From: an uncultured Trueperaceae bacterium | GTDB taxonomy: Bacteria > Deinococcota > Deinococci > Deinococcales > Trueperaceae | Length of the DNA: 64,000 bases | Assembly: GCA_963799485.1 (NCBI GenBank) | Contig: CAWCXJ010000005.1 | Location: forward strand, 132,309-196,308 | Direction: 5' to 3' | Part shown: positions 8,006 through 18,271 of the stretch, in pieces | Numbering within the stretch: the stretch's first letter is position 1 | How the letters are laid out: each line of letters begins with the position of its first letter | Program-made: the position numbers and the translations under genes | The notes under the pieces: model-generated | The model's input: the letters and a program-made list of their open reading frames with translations, nothing else | What the model was told of the DNA's origin: nothing | Databases searched by the model: none

Positions 8006-10564
8006 CTATTCGGTCGGCGGGTTCAGGTAGCTCGTCAGCATCAAACCGTAATCGCCGGTGGTGGCGTTTGCCGGGTTGATGGAGTCCCAGGCGATAACGA
8101 CGACGTAGTAGGTTCCGCCGGTCTCGCTGGTGTAGGTGGCGCGCGACTCGCGGCCGCTATAGTCGTCGTTAAAGGCGACCTGCTCAAAGTCTCCGTTATA
8201 GATGCCCAAAAGCGTATCGGGTACGCCGCTCTCTTCGGTCTCGACGTCGGCGACGAGTGTTTCGCCGGCGGCTACATCGACCTCGAAGATGTCGGCGTCG
8301 TCTTCACCTAAAGCGGCGTTTAGGGCGCTCCCGAGTGCGACGCTCTGCGCGCCGTCAAAGTTGACGTTTTGAATTGTCGTGCTGACGGCTTCGGCGCTGC
8401 CGTTGGGCTCTTGTTCGTCGCCGATAATGGGCGCGATGTCGAGGTCGTAGAGGTTGAAGGGGCTGTTAGCCGCCGGCGCGCCACTCACCTCGGAAACTTC
8501 GACGTAAACTACGCCGCCCTCGGGAGCCGTAAAGTCCACGAGCGGGTCGCTGCTAAAGGTCTGGTTGTCGTTGTTTTCAGCCAGCACCGAACCGTCTTCG
8601 GCGTAGACCGTCAGGGCCGCGTCGAAGCTGCCGGTGGCGGTCTCGAAGTTGACGCGGTAGGGTGTGCCGCCGGTTACGGGTAGCGCGTACACGTCTACGT
8701 CGGTGTCGGCGTTTTCGTCGTACAAGCTGGCGCGCAGCGTGAGGCTGTCCGCCCCGAGTTCGGCGGCGGTGGCGATCTCGCCGTTAGGCTCGAACGGATC
8801 ATCGAAGGTATCGACGTCGAGTGCAACCTGCACGTTGGTGGTGTTGCCGGGGGTGATCGTCACGTCCGTTTCGGCGGTCGCGGCGGGAATGCCGGTCGTA
8901 GCGGTGTGCGGCCCGCTGACCTGGAGGGTATAGTCGCCCGCATCCATCTGCTGAAACAACCCGAGGCCCAGGGGGACGAAGAGCGAGCCGTCGGAAGTCT
9001 GGGTGTATTCGACGGCGTTGTCGCCCTCTTTAGGGATCAGGACCAGGCCGACAGTGGGAATCTGCACGTTGGGATTACTCGCGAGCACAGCACTGACCAA
9101 AACCGAACCGCCGTCTTCAACCGGGTCGGAGGCCACTTTCAGCGCGCGCTGAACTGCTGCTGCCGAGTTGACAATTCCGGCACCGAGGGCGCTGCGGTCG
9201 TAGCCGCTGGGCTTGAAGGCGGTTTCGCGGAGGATGTGACGAACCTGTGCGGCGCTTAGAACGCCTGTAATGTTGCCGTTGGTGTCGCGTTCGGCGCTAG
9301 CCTCGAGCACCAGCGCGGCGGTACCGGCGGTCGCAGGGCTCGAGAACGAGGTGCCGTTAATATAGGTGTAGGCGTTTTCACCGTCGCAAGAGCTGCCGTC
9401 GGGGGTGGCGTAGATACAGCTGCGCGTCGTCGGCACCCAGATATTTTCACCGGGCGCAGCGACGTCTACCTGCAGACCGCGGTTCGAGAAGCTGGTACGC
9501 CCGTCTTGCGGAGTTGTCGCCGCGACGTTGATGAGGCCGGGAGTCCACGACGGGAACGACGGGCCTTCGGTCGGGGTGTTACCCGCCGAGGTCACCAGTA
9601 CGATGCCCGAGCTGAGCATCAGGTCCATGGTGTCTTTGATGGCCTGGCTATAAAAGTCGCTACCCCACGACATGTTGACGACGTGGACGTAAGCACCGGT
9701 TTGGGGATCGGTACCGGGGGCGCGGTCGTCGCCACCGGGTTGTAGGTCGGGCCCGAGTACCGCAAAGATCGCCGAACTGATAATGGCCGAATCGACGAGA
9801 CCACCATCTTCGGGTTCGCTGATAGCGAGCGGCACGATGCTCGCGCCGTAAGCCGTGCCGAGGCCGCCAAGTTCGTTGCTGACCGCAGCGGCAGTTCCGG
9901 CAACCGAGGTTCCGTGATTGCCGGTGCCGTCGTGCGGCGTTTCGGGGGTGATAAAGGCGTCCTCGAGGGGTTCGCCTTCGCCCAGGTTAGCGGCCTTAAA
10001 ACCGTCGAAACCCGGATAGAACATGTTGTCCACCAAGTCGGGGTGGCGGTGGTCGATAAAGTCGTCGAGAATCCCGATACGGATACCGGCACCGGTAACC
10101 CCTTTATTCCAGGCTTCCAGCGAGTTCATCTGGCGGTGCATCCACTGCACGGCGAAGTCCGGGTCGGGAACGCTGACCTGGCTGGGGCTCAGGGTCGTTT
10201 TGACGCCACCCGCTCCGGCGGGGTCTTCGGGGCGGCGGTGAACATAGTTGGGTTCGGCGTAGCGAAGCCCGCGCAGGTATTGCGCGTTGGCCTGCGCCTT
10301 GGCGACCGGCAGACCCTTGGGCAGCGTCACGAGCGCCGCACCGATCTGCGACCAGTCGGTTTTGAGGGTACCGCCGAGCTTGCGGGCGAGGGCGGCGGCG
10401 TCGGCCCCTTTACGGTAGCCAATCACGAGTTCGCCCGCGATAAAGCCGCGGCTGTCGATCTGGTAGGTATAGTCCGGGGCGCTGGCCTGCGGTGCCCGAA
10501 CGTTGGTCTGGCAGGCAGTCAGCGTCAAAAGCAGTAGTGCGCCGGTAAAGTAACGTCTCATCAC
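8006..10564 (-). CDS. Secreted subtilisin-like serine protease (S8) lipoprotein with two C-terminal pre-peptidase (PPC)-like domains
   Basis: Lipobox LLLLTLTAC; Asp/His/Ser triad contexts GILDDFIDHRHPD, HGTSVAGTAAA, GTSFSSPATAG; two C-terminal modules, each starting with EPNG. Confidence 0.9.
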   Translation of the reverse strand: MMRRYFTGALLLLTLTACQTNVRAPQASAPDYTYQIDSRGFIAGELVIGYRKGADAAALARKLGGTLKTDWSQIGAALVTLPKGLPVAKAQANAQYLRGLRYAEPNYVHRRPEDPAGAGGVKTTLSPSQVSVPDPDFAVQWMHRQMNSLEAWNKGVTGAGIRIGILDDFIDHRHPDLVDNMFYPGFDGFKAANLGEGEPLEDAFITPETPHDGTGNHGTSVAGTAAAVSNELGGLGTAYGASIVPLAISEPEDGGLVDSAIISSAIFAVLGPDLQPGGDDRAPGTDPQTGAYVHVVNMSWGSDFYSQAIKDTMDLMLSSGIVLVTSAGNTPTEGPSFPSWTPGLINVAATTPQDGRTSFSNRGLQVDVAAPGENIWVPTTRSCIYATPDGSSCDGENAYTYINGTSFSSPATAGTAALVLEASAERDTNGNITGVLSAAQVRHILRETAFKPSGYDRSALGAGIVNSAAAVQRALKVASDPVEDGGSVLVSAVLASNPNVQIPTVGLVLIPKEGDNAVEYTQTSDGSLFVPLGLGLFQQMDAGDYTLQVSGPHTATTGIPAATAETDVTITPGNTTNVQVALDVDTFDDPFEPNGEIATAAELGADSLTLRASLYDENADTDVDVYALPVTGGTPYRVNFETATGSFDAALTVYAEDGSVLAENNDNQTFSSDPLVDFTAPEGGVVYVEVSEVSGAPAANSPFNLYDLDIAPIIGDEQEPNGSAEAVSTTIQNVNFDGAQSVALGSALNAALGEDDADIFEVDVAAGETLVADVETEESGVPDTLLGIYNGDFEQVAFNDDYSGRESRATYTSETGGTYYVVVIAWDSINPANATTGDYGLMLTSYLNPPTE

Positions 10565-10569
10565 GCCTC

Positions 10570-12222
10570 CTAAAAGCTGCCGTCGCCGGTGGAAAAGGTG
10601 TTTACGGGGCCGTCGGAAACGCCGAAACCGACGCCAAAGAAGTCGAAGAAGTCCGCGCCGACCGAGATGGCGTTTTCGCCCTCGATTTCACCTTCGCTAC
10701 TTACCGTGCCGTTACTCGTGATGGCGACAGGTTGCCAGTCGTAACCGTGGAAGGGTTGCAGCGCGTCGTTGACGGCGCTGCCGTCTAGGTTATGGGACAA
10801 GCTAAACTCGGTCTCGGCGCCGAGGTCGACGCCGAGAAAAACCCACTCGAGGGGACTGCCGTCGGCGTGAACCCGGTCGAGTACAGCTGCGCCGATGTAG
10901 AGCAGGTTGTCGCGGTTGTCTACGGCGATATCGTAGGTGGGGGAGACCGATACATCAACCGCGTTGTTATCGGGACTGAGCGCCGCGACCTCGAGGATCG
11001 GCAGCGGGGTGACAAACGCATCTTTGGACGTACTCGAGGCGTCGCCGTAAAACGCTTCGACGCGGTACTGGGTCTTTACGCCGGCCTCCAAGCCGGCGCT
11101 GGCGTCGCGGTAGCTGTACAGCGTGTTGTCTTCGTTTTCCGGGTCCAGCGACGCCTGCGCGGGACTAACCTGCGCGATAGGTACGAGGCCCCCGGCAGGC
11201 CGACCGATCAGCTTGCGGTAGATGCGAAAGCCGGTCGGGAGCGTGTCGCCGTCGTAACTAAAAACAACGTCGGCCCAGATCAAGCCCTCGTCGAGATAGC
11301 CTTGAGCTTTTACACCTGGCTGAGCCTTCGGAGCAAACGCTTTAAGCGCGCTCAAGTCATCTGCGCGCACGGCTTTCATCAGTTCGCGACCACTAAAACC
11401 GACATCCGCACCGGCCCCGCCCGTGGTGCTGAGCGATCCGAACACGGCGGTGTCGGCAAACGTCACGGCGAACGCGCCCAGGTTGGTTACGTTGCCGAGG
11501 TCGGTTTCGTCTGCCGGAGCGCCGACGCTAACGTAACGCACGACTTCGGTGCGGTTGAAGTTGCCGTCGTAGGCGACGACGTGAACGCTCGTATCGCCCT
11601 CGAAACCGGTAGTCGAGACCTCGACCGGCGTTTCGCTGCCGTCGAAGCCGAAGCTCGTTCCCGCTACCGAGGCGTTGAGGTAGCCCGAGGTGCCGCGTGA
11701 CTGACCGAGCCCTACGGTTGCCAGCTCGTAAAATCTGGTGACGTCGGGATCGGCGACGCTGCCGCTGACCGTAAAGCTCAGGCTGCCGTCGTCGCCACCG
11801 GGGACGCTCGAGCCGTTTTCCAGGCTGACGTTTAGCGTGGGTGAGACCGTGGGTAAAAAGGGATCGAACGCTTCGGCTTGGATGGTGCTGTACTTCGTTT
11901 CGGCGCGGTCGCCAACCCGCAACCCCTCGACCGTAGACGCTGCGTAACCGTCTTGAGAGAACGTCAGGTCGGCAAAACCCGCAGGGATACCGAAAAGTCG
12001 GTAAAAGCCGTTTTCGTCAGTGGTAGTGCTGATTTCGGTTCCGGCGAGCGTCACCACGGTACCGGTCACAGCGGTTCCGGCTTTGCGGTTGACGACGTAC
12101 CCCGAAACGCTGCCGGTACCCGGTGCCCAAGTCGCCGCGTCGAGCGGCGGCGTAGTGGTTTGTGAACAGGCCGCGAGCACAACGAGCAACGCTACGACCA
12201 GACTGCGCGGATAAAGCTTCAT
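10570..12222 (-). CDS. Lipoprotein with N-terminal carboxypeptidase-regulatory-like domain; function unknown
   Basis: Lipobox LLVVLAAC. The segment SGYVVNRKAGTAVTGTVVTLAGTEISTTTDENGFYRLFGIPAGFADLTF resembles a CarboxypepD_reg fold. It ends 5 nt before the S8 protease start, so the two are probably co-transcribed. Confidence 0.65.
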   Translation of the reverse strand: MKLYPRSLVVALLVVLAACSQTTTPPLDAATWAPGTGSVSGYVVNRKAGTAVTGTVVTLAGTEISTTTDENGFYRLFGIPAGFADLTFSQDGYAASTVEGLRVGDRAETKYSTIQAEAFDPFLPTVSPTLNVSLENGSSVPGGDDGSLSFTVSGSVADPDVTRFYELATVGLGQSRGTSGYLNASVAGTSFGFDGSETPVEVSTTGFEGDTSVHVVAYDGNFNRTEVVRYVSVGAPADETDLGNVTNLGAFAVTFADTAVFGSLSTTGGAGADVGFSGRELMKAVRADDLSALKAFAPKAQPGVKAQGYLDEGLIWADVVFSYDGDTLPTGFRIYRKLIGRPAGGLVPIAQVSPAQASLDPENEDNTLYSYRDASAGLEAGVKTQYRVEAFYGDASSTSKDAFVTPLPILEVAALSPDNNAVDVSVSPTYDIAVDNRDNLLYIGAAVLDRVHADGSPLEWVFLGVDLGAETEFSLSHNLDGSAVNDALQPFHGYDWQPVAITSNGTVSSEGEIEGENAISVGADFFDFFGVGFGVSDGPVNTFSTGDGSF

Positions 12223-12493
12223 AAAACCTCCGAAAAAGAACGCGCTAACTTCCGATCCAACTAGCTAAAACTGCACAAGCTGCCAGACGCCTCCCCTCGC
12301 GCTTTGCCCTTGACCGAGCGCTCGAGTAGTGCTCGGTACAAGATGCATTACATTTAAGCATACGAAACTCCTCACAAAAGGGAAATACGCATTTGGTGGT
12401 AACACTCTGCTAAGAGTCAAGTGCAAGCGTACCTCAAAATGCCCTTTTGAAGCTACCCCGCCGCCTTGAGACGCCTGAAATATCGCCGCTTAT

Positions 12494-12510
12494 CTGACAA
12501 AACGCTGACG
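12494..12510 (+). promoter_or_regulatory. Candidate Pho box upstream of pstS
   Basis: Direct repeats CTGACA-aaacg-CTGACG with an 11-bp period, resembling the CTGTCA-N5-CTGTCA PhoB-site architecture. They end about 9 bp upstream of a TATTCT -10-like hexamer (12519-12524). Confidence 0.35.
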
Positions 12511-12572
12511 CAACCCCCGTATTCTCACTCTGTACTGCTTTTGCCCTGTACCACTTCTAGGAGGATATCTAA

Positions 12573-13547
12573 GTGAAACAACTTCTTGCACTGCTCGCTC
12601 TTGGCGCTGCCGCTTCTGGTACGGCGTTCGCCCAGTCCATCGCCGTAGACGGTTCTTCAACGGTTTATCCCATCTCGCTGGCGATGGCTGAAGAGTTCCA
12701 GATCATCAACCCCGACGCCCAGGTTACCGTCGGTTTTGCCGGTACCGGCGGCGGTTTTGAGCGCTTTTGCGCCGGTGAAACCCAGGTTTCAGATGCCAGT
12801 CGCGTCATTCAAGACGATGAGGTCGCCGCCTGCGACGCTGCCGGTATCCCTTTTATCGAGCTGCCGATTGCCGCCGACGCGCTGACCGTCGTCGTCAACC
12901 CCAAAAACGACTTTGTAACTTGTTTGACGACCGAGCAGCTGACCCAAATCTGGTCAGCGGGTGGCGGCGTCACCAACTGGAGCGACGTCAACCCCGACTG
13001 GCCCGCTGAACCCATCGACCTCTACGCCCCCGGCGTCGATTCGGGAACGTTCGACTACTTTAACGAAGCCATTATCGGCGACGGCAACGAGATTCGCCAG
13101 GACTTCTCGCCCAGCGAAGACGACAACGTACTCGTGCAAGGCGTCCAGGGCAACGAGTATGCGATGGGCTTTTTCGGTTACGCCTACTACGCCGAAAACC
13201 CCGACACGCTAAAAGCCGTTGAAATCGACAACGGCAACGGCTGTGTCGCGCCGAGCGCCGAAGCCGTCGTAGATGCGTCTTACGAGCCGCTCTCACGCCC
13301 GCTATTTATCTACGTCAGCCAAAACGCGGTCGACAACACTCCGGCGGTTGGCGATTTCGTCAACTTCTACCTTTCGCCGGATAACCGTGAGCTGATTACC
13401 AGCACGGGCTATGTAGCCTACGACGCCGCCGTGTACGAGGCTGTGCAAGGCCGTTTTGACAACCGCGTTACCGGGAGTGCCTTCGCTAACTTTCAGCCGG
13501 GTGACAACGTAATTGAAGCGGTGCAGAGCGCTGAAGAAGCTCAGTAA
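12573..13547 (+). CDS. pstS: Phosphate ABC transporter substrate-binding protein
   Basis: Signal peptide, then IAVDGSSTVYPIS...GTGGGFERFCAGE...DASR, typical of PstS; GTG start preceded by taggagga. Confidence 0.9.
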   Translation: MKQLLALLALGAAASGTAFAQSIAVDGSSTVYPISLAMAEEFQIINPDAQVTVGFAGTGGGFERFCAGETQVSDASRVIQDDEVAACDAAGIPFIELPIAADALTVVVNPKNDFVTCLTTEQLTQIWSAGGGVTNWSDVNPDWPAEPIDLYAPGVDSGTFDYFNEAIIGDGNEIRQDFSPSEDDNVLVQGVQGNEYAMGFFGYAYYAENPDTLKAVEIDNGNGCVAPSAEAVVDASYEPLSRPLFIYVSQNAVDNTPAVGDFVNFYLSPDNRELITSTGYVAYDAAVYEAVQGRFDNRVTGSAFANFQPGDNVIEAVQSAEEAQ

Positions 13548-13621
13548 ACTGAAAAAGCTCAGCAAAGCTGTAAAGCGCACCTGACGCTCAGCTGACACTG
13601 CGCTGAAATACCTAGACTAAG

Positions 13622-13649
13622 CTAGTCCTTAGCTGAGGACTGGCTTTTT
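13622..13649 (+). terminator. Hairpin plus T-run between pstS and pstC (probable partial terminator)
   Basis: ctagtcct-tagctg-aggactgg followed by cttttt. Confidence 0.5.
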
Positions 13650-13679
13650 CTTATTCAATTCTTTAGTCCGGGAGATTAC

Positions 13680-14624
13680 ATGGCGACCAGAACGCCGAAT
13701 TCGGTGCTAGATAGGGCTCGAGCTGTGGGCCTCAACAAACGTACAAGTCGGCGGGCTGGCGAGGCTGTTATCGGGACGCTCCTGCTCTTGTGCGCGCTCA
13801 TCTCGGTGGTGACGACGGTTGCCGTCGTTTTTTCCATCGCCGAGGAAACGGTGCAGTTTTTCCGCGAAGTCTCTGTCGCCGAGTTCTTTACCAGCCGCGT
13901 CTGGGCGCCGCTTTTTGCCACCAAAAGCTTCGGTATCGCGCCGCTCGTGATCGGCACGCTGATGGTCACCTTTATCGCCTGCATCATCGGTTTGCCGCTA
14001 GGCCTCGGCGCGGCGATCTACCTCGCCGAATTTGCGGGCGATAAAACGCGCCGCACGATTACCCCGATTTTAGAGGTGCTGGCAGGCATTCCCACGGTAG
14101 CGCTCGGCTACTTTGCGCTGCTCTTCGTAACGCCGGTTATTCGCAATATCATCCCCGGCGTAAATTTTTTCAACCCGATTTCAGCAGGGATTGTTATGGG
14201 TTTTATGATCATGCCGACGGTCACGTCGATCTCGGTCGATTCGCTGCGCGCAGTACCCCGGAGTTTACGCGAAGCGGGCTACGGTCTCGGCGCGTCGAAG
14301 TATGAGCTGATTACCAGGGTGATCGTCCCGGCGGCGCTTTCAGGTATCGTGGCGTCGTTTATTCTGGCGATCTCGAGGGCTATCGGTGAAACGATGATCG
14401 TGACGCTCGCCGCCGGTCAAAAACCGACTTTCACCCTCGACCCACGCGAAACGATTGCTACGATGACCTCGTTTATCGTCCAGGCCGGAACCGGCGACCA
14501 GCCTGCCGGATCGATCGGGGCGCGCTCACTCTACGCGGTCGCCGCCGTGCTCTTTACCATGACGCTGCTTCTCAATATCGCGTCGCAACAGGTCGTGCAG
14601 CGCTTTTCGGAGCGTTACGAATGA
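13680..14624 (+). CDS. pstC: Phosphate ABC transporter permease PstC
   Basis: Multi-TM protein with the EAA-type loop (SLREAGYGLGASKYELITRVIVPAA); position after pstS. Confidence 0.9.
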   Translation: MATRTPNSVLDRARAVGLNKRTSRRAGEAVIGTLLLLCALISVVTTVAVVFSIAEETVQFFREVSVAEFFTSRVWAPLFATKSFGIAPLVIGTLMVTFIACIIGLPLGLGAAIYLAEFAGDKTRRTITPILEVLAGIPTVALGYFALLFVTPVIRNIIPGVNFFNPISAGIVMGFMIMPTVTSISVDSLRAVPRSLREAGYGLGASKYELITRVIVPAALSGIVASFILAISRAIGETMIVTLAAGQKPTFTLDPRETIATMTSFIVQAGTGDQPAGSIGARSLYAVAAVLFTMTLLLNIASQQVVQRFSERYE

Positions 14625-16000
14625 AAGCATCTATCGAAGCTCCCGCTGTGGCGCGCCGCCCCGCCAAACGCCTCGTCAGCGCCGGCGAAGCGCGTCGCCT
14701 TGCTGCGCGTACCCGGATGGGCCGCATTTTCGCGGTCGTGACTTTCGTTCCGGTCGTGCTGGCGGTCGCGCTCGTTGTTACTTTGTTGCTCGATACGCTT
14801 TTCGATACCTTTTCATGGCAGATCGTCGAACCGAGTAGCAGCGTCAGTGCTCAGACGTTTGCGTGGTCGGCGGCACCCCTTGGGGGTTACCAGGTTGTCC
14901 GCCTAGACCTCGAGGCGCAAGGCGAAACCCCGGCAGACATCGCCGCGTTTTTCAACGACCCTGAAGAGCTGCGCCTGTTCAACGCGCGCAACCGCATCGA
15001 ACTGATGTGGCGCACGCAGGACGGCCCCTTTCGCTGGGTCGTCACCAACAGTCGTGACGACGGCGTTGCCGACATCGGACTGTTCGGCGTCAACGGTTAT
15101 TTGAGCGGAGTACGAGATGACCTGGCAGAGCAAGACGCAGCGGATTTAGAACCTGCCGCACAAATTCTCCTAACCCGCCTGCAAGCTGCGAATTTGGCTT
15201 CGTGGAATCCTTTTGCCAACACCGGTCTGCTGGCAAGCACCTTGACAGAGGGTCAAAATCTCTACCTAAACCCGTGGCTCGACTTTTCGTTCTTGACCAA
15301 AAACGCCTCGCGTACACCGGTGGTGGCGGGGCTCAGCGTCGCTTTATTGGGGACACTCTGGGTTATCGGTCTGGTCATTTTGTTTACTCTGCCGACCGGC
15401 GTCGGCGCGGCGATTTACCTCGAGGAGTACGCCTCGGCAAACCGGTTCTCACGACTTTTAGAGGTCAATATCCGCAACCTGGCAGGCGTTCCCAGCATCG
15501 TTTACGGCATTTTGGGTCTTTACCTGTTTGTGCGTCTGGCAAACATCGGCCCGACGATTTTGTCGGCCGCCCTGACCCTTTCGCTGCTCGTTTTGCCGGT
15601 CGTGATTATCGCGGCGCGTGAGGCGATCCGCGCCGTTCCGAGTACGTTACGGCAAGCGAGCTACGGCCTCGGCGCAACCAAGTGGCAAACGGTCGTTTCG
15701 GTCGTTCTGCCTAACTCGGTCGGTGGTATCGTCACCGGCGTTATTCTAGCGATTGCCAGGGCTATCGGTGAAACCGCGCCGCTCCTCTTGGTCGGCGCAG
15801 TCGGTTTTATCGTCTTCCCCCCCGACGGCCCGTTTTCGCGTTATACGGTGATTCCTTCACAGATTTACAACTGGATTGCTGAAAACGACCCCGAGTTCGC
15901 GCACGTCGCCTCGGCGGGTATTATCGTGCTGCTCGTTATCTTGTTTGTTCTTTACGGTCTGGCTTTTTATCTGCGCCGCCGTTTCGAGCGTTCGTGGTAA
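14621..16000 (+). CDS. pstA: Phosphate ABC transporter permease PstA (long form with an insertion of about 170 aa after TM1)
   Basis: Start overlaps the pstC stop by 4 nt; EAA-type loop ([22 protein letters not shown]); C-terminal PstA-like TMs. Confidence 0.9.
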   Translation: MKASIEAPAVARRPAKRLVSAGEARRLAARTRMGRIFAVVTFVPVVLAVALVVTLLLDTLFDTFSWQIVEPSSSVSAQTFAWSAAPLGGYQVVRLDLEAQGETPADIAAFFNDPEELRLFNARNRIELMWRTQDGPFRWVVTNSRDDGVADIGLFGVNGYLSGVRDDLAEQDAADLEPAAQILLTRLQAANLASWNPFANTGLLASTLTEGQNLYLNPWLDFSFLTKNASRTPVVAGLSVALLGTLWVIGLVILFTLPTGVGAAIYLEEYASANRFSRLLEVNIRNLAGVPSIVYGILGLYLFVRLANIGPTILSAALTLSLLVLPVVIIAAREAIRAVPSTLRQASYGLGATKWQTVVSVVLPNSVGGIVTGVILAIARAIGETAPLLLVGAVGFIVFPPDGPFSRYTVIPSQIYNWIAENDPEFAHVASAGIIVLLVILFVLYGLAFYLRRRFERSW

Positions 16001-16025
16001 CCGAAACAGCCACCAAAGGAGTTTT

Positions 16026-16862
16026 ATGACAACAGCGACGAAGCCCCAACCCGGTGAACCTAAAGCGTTCGATTTCAAGCAGGCGTCGGTGCGAACCGAC
16101 CCGGTAGGCGATGAACAGTCCGTCGTGAGTATTCACGACTTCAGCCTCTGGTACGGCGACTTTCGGGCACTTCACAACATTTCGCTCAACGTCCCGAAAA
16201 ATCAAGTGACGGCTTTGATCGGCGCGTCGGGTTGCGGTAAATCGACGCTGCTGAGAAGCATCAACCGCATGAACGACCTTATCCCGACGGTTAAAACGGA
16301 GGGTACGGTTACTTATGAAGGCGTCGACCTCTACGACCGCGCCGTCGATCCGGTCGAGGTGCGTCGCCGCGTCGGGATGGTTTTTCAAAAGCCCAACCCG
16401 TTCCCCAAATCGGTTTTCGATAACGTCGCCTTCGGCCCCCGGCTCAACGCGTACAAGGGCGACCTGAACGCGCTCGTCGAGAAATCTTTACGGCGCGCGG
16501 CCTTGTGGGAAGAGGTCAAGGACAAGCTCAAAGGCTCCGGTTTGGGACTCTCGGGCGGTCAGCAGCAGCGTCTTTGTATCGCCCGGGCGATGGCGACCGA
16601 ACCCGACATCATCTTGATGGACGAACCGACCTCGGCGTTAGACCCGATGTCCACGGACAAGATTGAACAGCTGATTCACGAGATTAAAAAGGAATACACG
16701 GTTATCATCGTGACGCACAACATGCAGCAGGCAGGGCGCGTTTCCGACCGGACGGCGTTTATGCACCTCGGCGTGTTGATCGAAGAGGGGCCGACCGACC
16801 AGATTTTCACGAACCCCAAACACGAGATGACCGAGCGCTACGTCGAGGGACGGTTCGGTTAG
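16026..16862 (+). CDS. pstB: Phosphate ABC transporter ATP-binding protein
   Basis: Walker [10 protein letters not shown], signature LSGGQQQRL, Walker B ILMDEP. I chose the ATG at 16026 ([11 protein letters not shown] aaaggag); the track ORF start at 15876 overlaps pstA. Confidence 0.95.
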   Translation: MTTATKPQPGEPKAFDFKQASVRTDPVGDEQSVVSIHDFSLWYGDFRALHNISLNVPKNQVTALIGASGCGKSTLLRSINRMNDLIPTVKTEGTVTYEGVDLYDRAVDPVEVRRRVGMVFQKPNPFPKSVFDNVAFGPRLNAYKGDLNALVEKSLRRAALWEEVKDKLKGSGLGLSGGQQQRLCIARAMATEPDIILMDEPTSALDPMSTDKIEQLIHEIKKEYTVIIVTHNMQQAGRVSDRTAFMHLGVLIEEGPTDQIFTNPKHEMTERYVEGRFG

Positions 16863-17020
16863 GCTGACTGAACCATCTTCGGCAGGTGTGCTGAAGCCTG
16901 ACGAAGCGAGGCTCGAGCAACCCTTCAAGTATGTGTCGGCGCTGAAGACCCATTTTCGAGCGCAACTACCAAACCGGCTGCAAAATCAACTGCAAAACCA
17001 ACACCAGAGATTGCCCCGAA

Positions 17021-17758
17021 CTATTCGCCGGCTTTCTCCTGCAAAACGGGCCGCTGTGAACGAAAATTGAGCTGTAGCGAGTGCAGCGTGTAATAAACCG
17101 GGTAGACCAGCGACACATAAAGGAGCCCCGTCCTGAGCGCGCCTTGCTCGAGCAGCAGCGCCGCCAGACAGAGCAAACTCCACACCGAACCCAGCGCGAC
17201 GTGCAGCGTGCGTCCGCGCGGCAAACGGCTCACGTATAAAAAGCGCACCGGTACGAAAACCAGTAGCGACAAGCTTAAAATCAGCAGGGTATTAAACAGC
17301 GGCGGTGTTTGCAGCAGATAAAGGTAAAATACGACGATGCCCCAGTACGACGGAAACCCGACGAAAAAGCCCGCGTCGGCGAGTTTGGCGGTCGTGCGGG
17401 AAAAACCGAAGGCCGAAGAGAACATCGCAAACGCCGCAATCAGTACGGCGGGCGGCACCAGCAGTTTGGCTTGCAACAAGAGCAGCATCGGCAGAACCAC
17501 ATAGCTCGTAAAGTCGATGATGTTGTCGAGCAGTCCACCGTCGATGGCGGCGGCGGTCTCTTTAACGCGGTATTTGCGCGCCAGCGCGCCGTCGGTCGCG
17601 TCGATGACCATCGTTACGGCAATCGCGCCGAGCGCCCAGCGAAACGTTCCTTCTAGCAGCCACTGCACCGCCAAGGCCACAAAAAAAAGCGTCGAAGCGG
17701 TGTAGATGTGAACAAGGTAGCCCTGAACGGTTTCCTGAATGGTGTCTCGGCTCGGCAT
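17021..17758 (-). CDS. CDP-alcohol phosphatidyltransferase family protein (phosphatidylcholine-synthase-like size and topology)
   Basis: Motif DATDGALARKYRVKETAAAIDGGLLDNIID fits D-x2-DG-x2-AR...G-x3-D-x3-D; 245 aa, polytopic. Confidence 0.75.
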   Translation of the reverse strand: MPSRDTIQETVQGYLVHIYTASTLFFVALAVQWLLEGTFRWALGAIAVTMVIDATDGALARKYRVKETAAAIDGGLLDNIIDFTSYVVLPMLLLLQAKLLVPPAVLIAAFAMFSSAFGFSRTTAKLADAGFFVGFPSYWGIVVFYLYLLQTPPLFNTLLILSLSLLVFVPVRFLYVSRLPRGRTLHVALGSVWSLLCLAALLLEQGALRTGLLYVSLVYPVYYTLHSLQLNFRSQRPVLQEKAGE

Positions 17759-17917
17759 TACAGAGAGCGTAGCACGTTACCCGTAAAAACCCGGTGTAGT
17801 CTCTCGAACAAGGTCAAGTAAATCGGTCATGCAAGTTGGCAGGGGAGCTGAGAATAAAGAACGCTTTGATTTTTCCCTGGCACTCTGTTTTCTACTTCTC
17901 CCAACGCTACGCCGCCG

Positions 17918-17962
17918 GTTCTCACTGTCTTAAGTTCTCACTATCTTAAACTCTCACTGTCC
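17918..17962. repeat. 16-bp tandem repeat, about 2.8 copies
   Basis: gttctcactgtcttaa / gttctcactatcttaa / actctcactgtcc; lies 160-200 bp upstream of the phosphatidyltransferase gene start. Confidence 0.85.
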
Positions 17963-18271
17963 TGTCGGGCAGCTTCGGGTTCAGTCCTTAAACCGTCTCG
18001 AGACGCTCATCAAACCGCTGCCGGCCAAAATAACGACGCCGACTACCACCCACGGCGTCGGAACACCGAGCAGGTCGGCCCCGAGCGCAAGGCCCAAAAT
18101 CAGCAAACAGTAACCGAGGAGATATAAAAGCGTTTGGGACACCCTCTACTTTACGGCATTCGGGATAGCCTCGGCCTGAGGTTTTGCACGGTTTTCGTGA
18201 AGCCGGCTTCACCGGATTTGTGGCGCAGCTTGCCTGAAAAGGGGCTCGAGGGGATGCTACGATAAGCTATC

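Noticed and set aside
13548-16862. Absence of phoU after pstB, and the 170-aa insertion in PstA, as an anomaly.
   Set aside because: phoU is often unlinked, and long-form PstA proteins are common in several phyla. This is not distinctive enough to flag.
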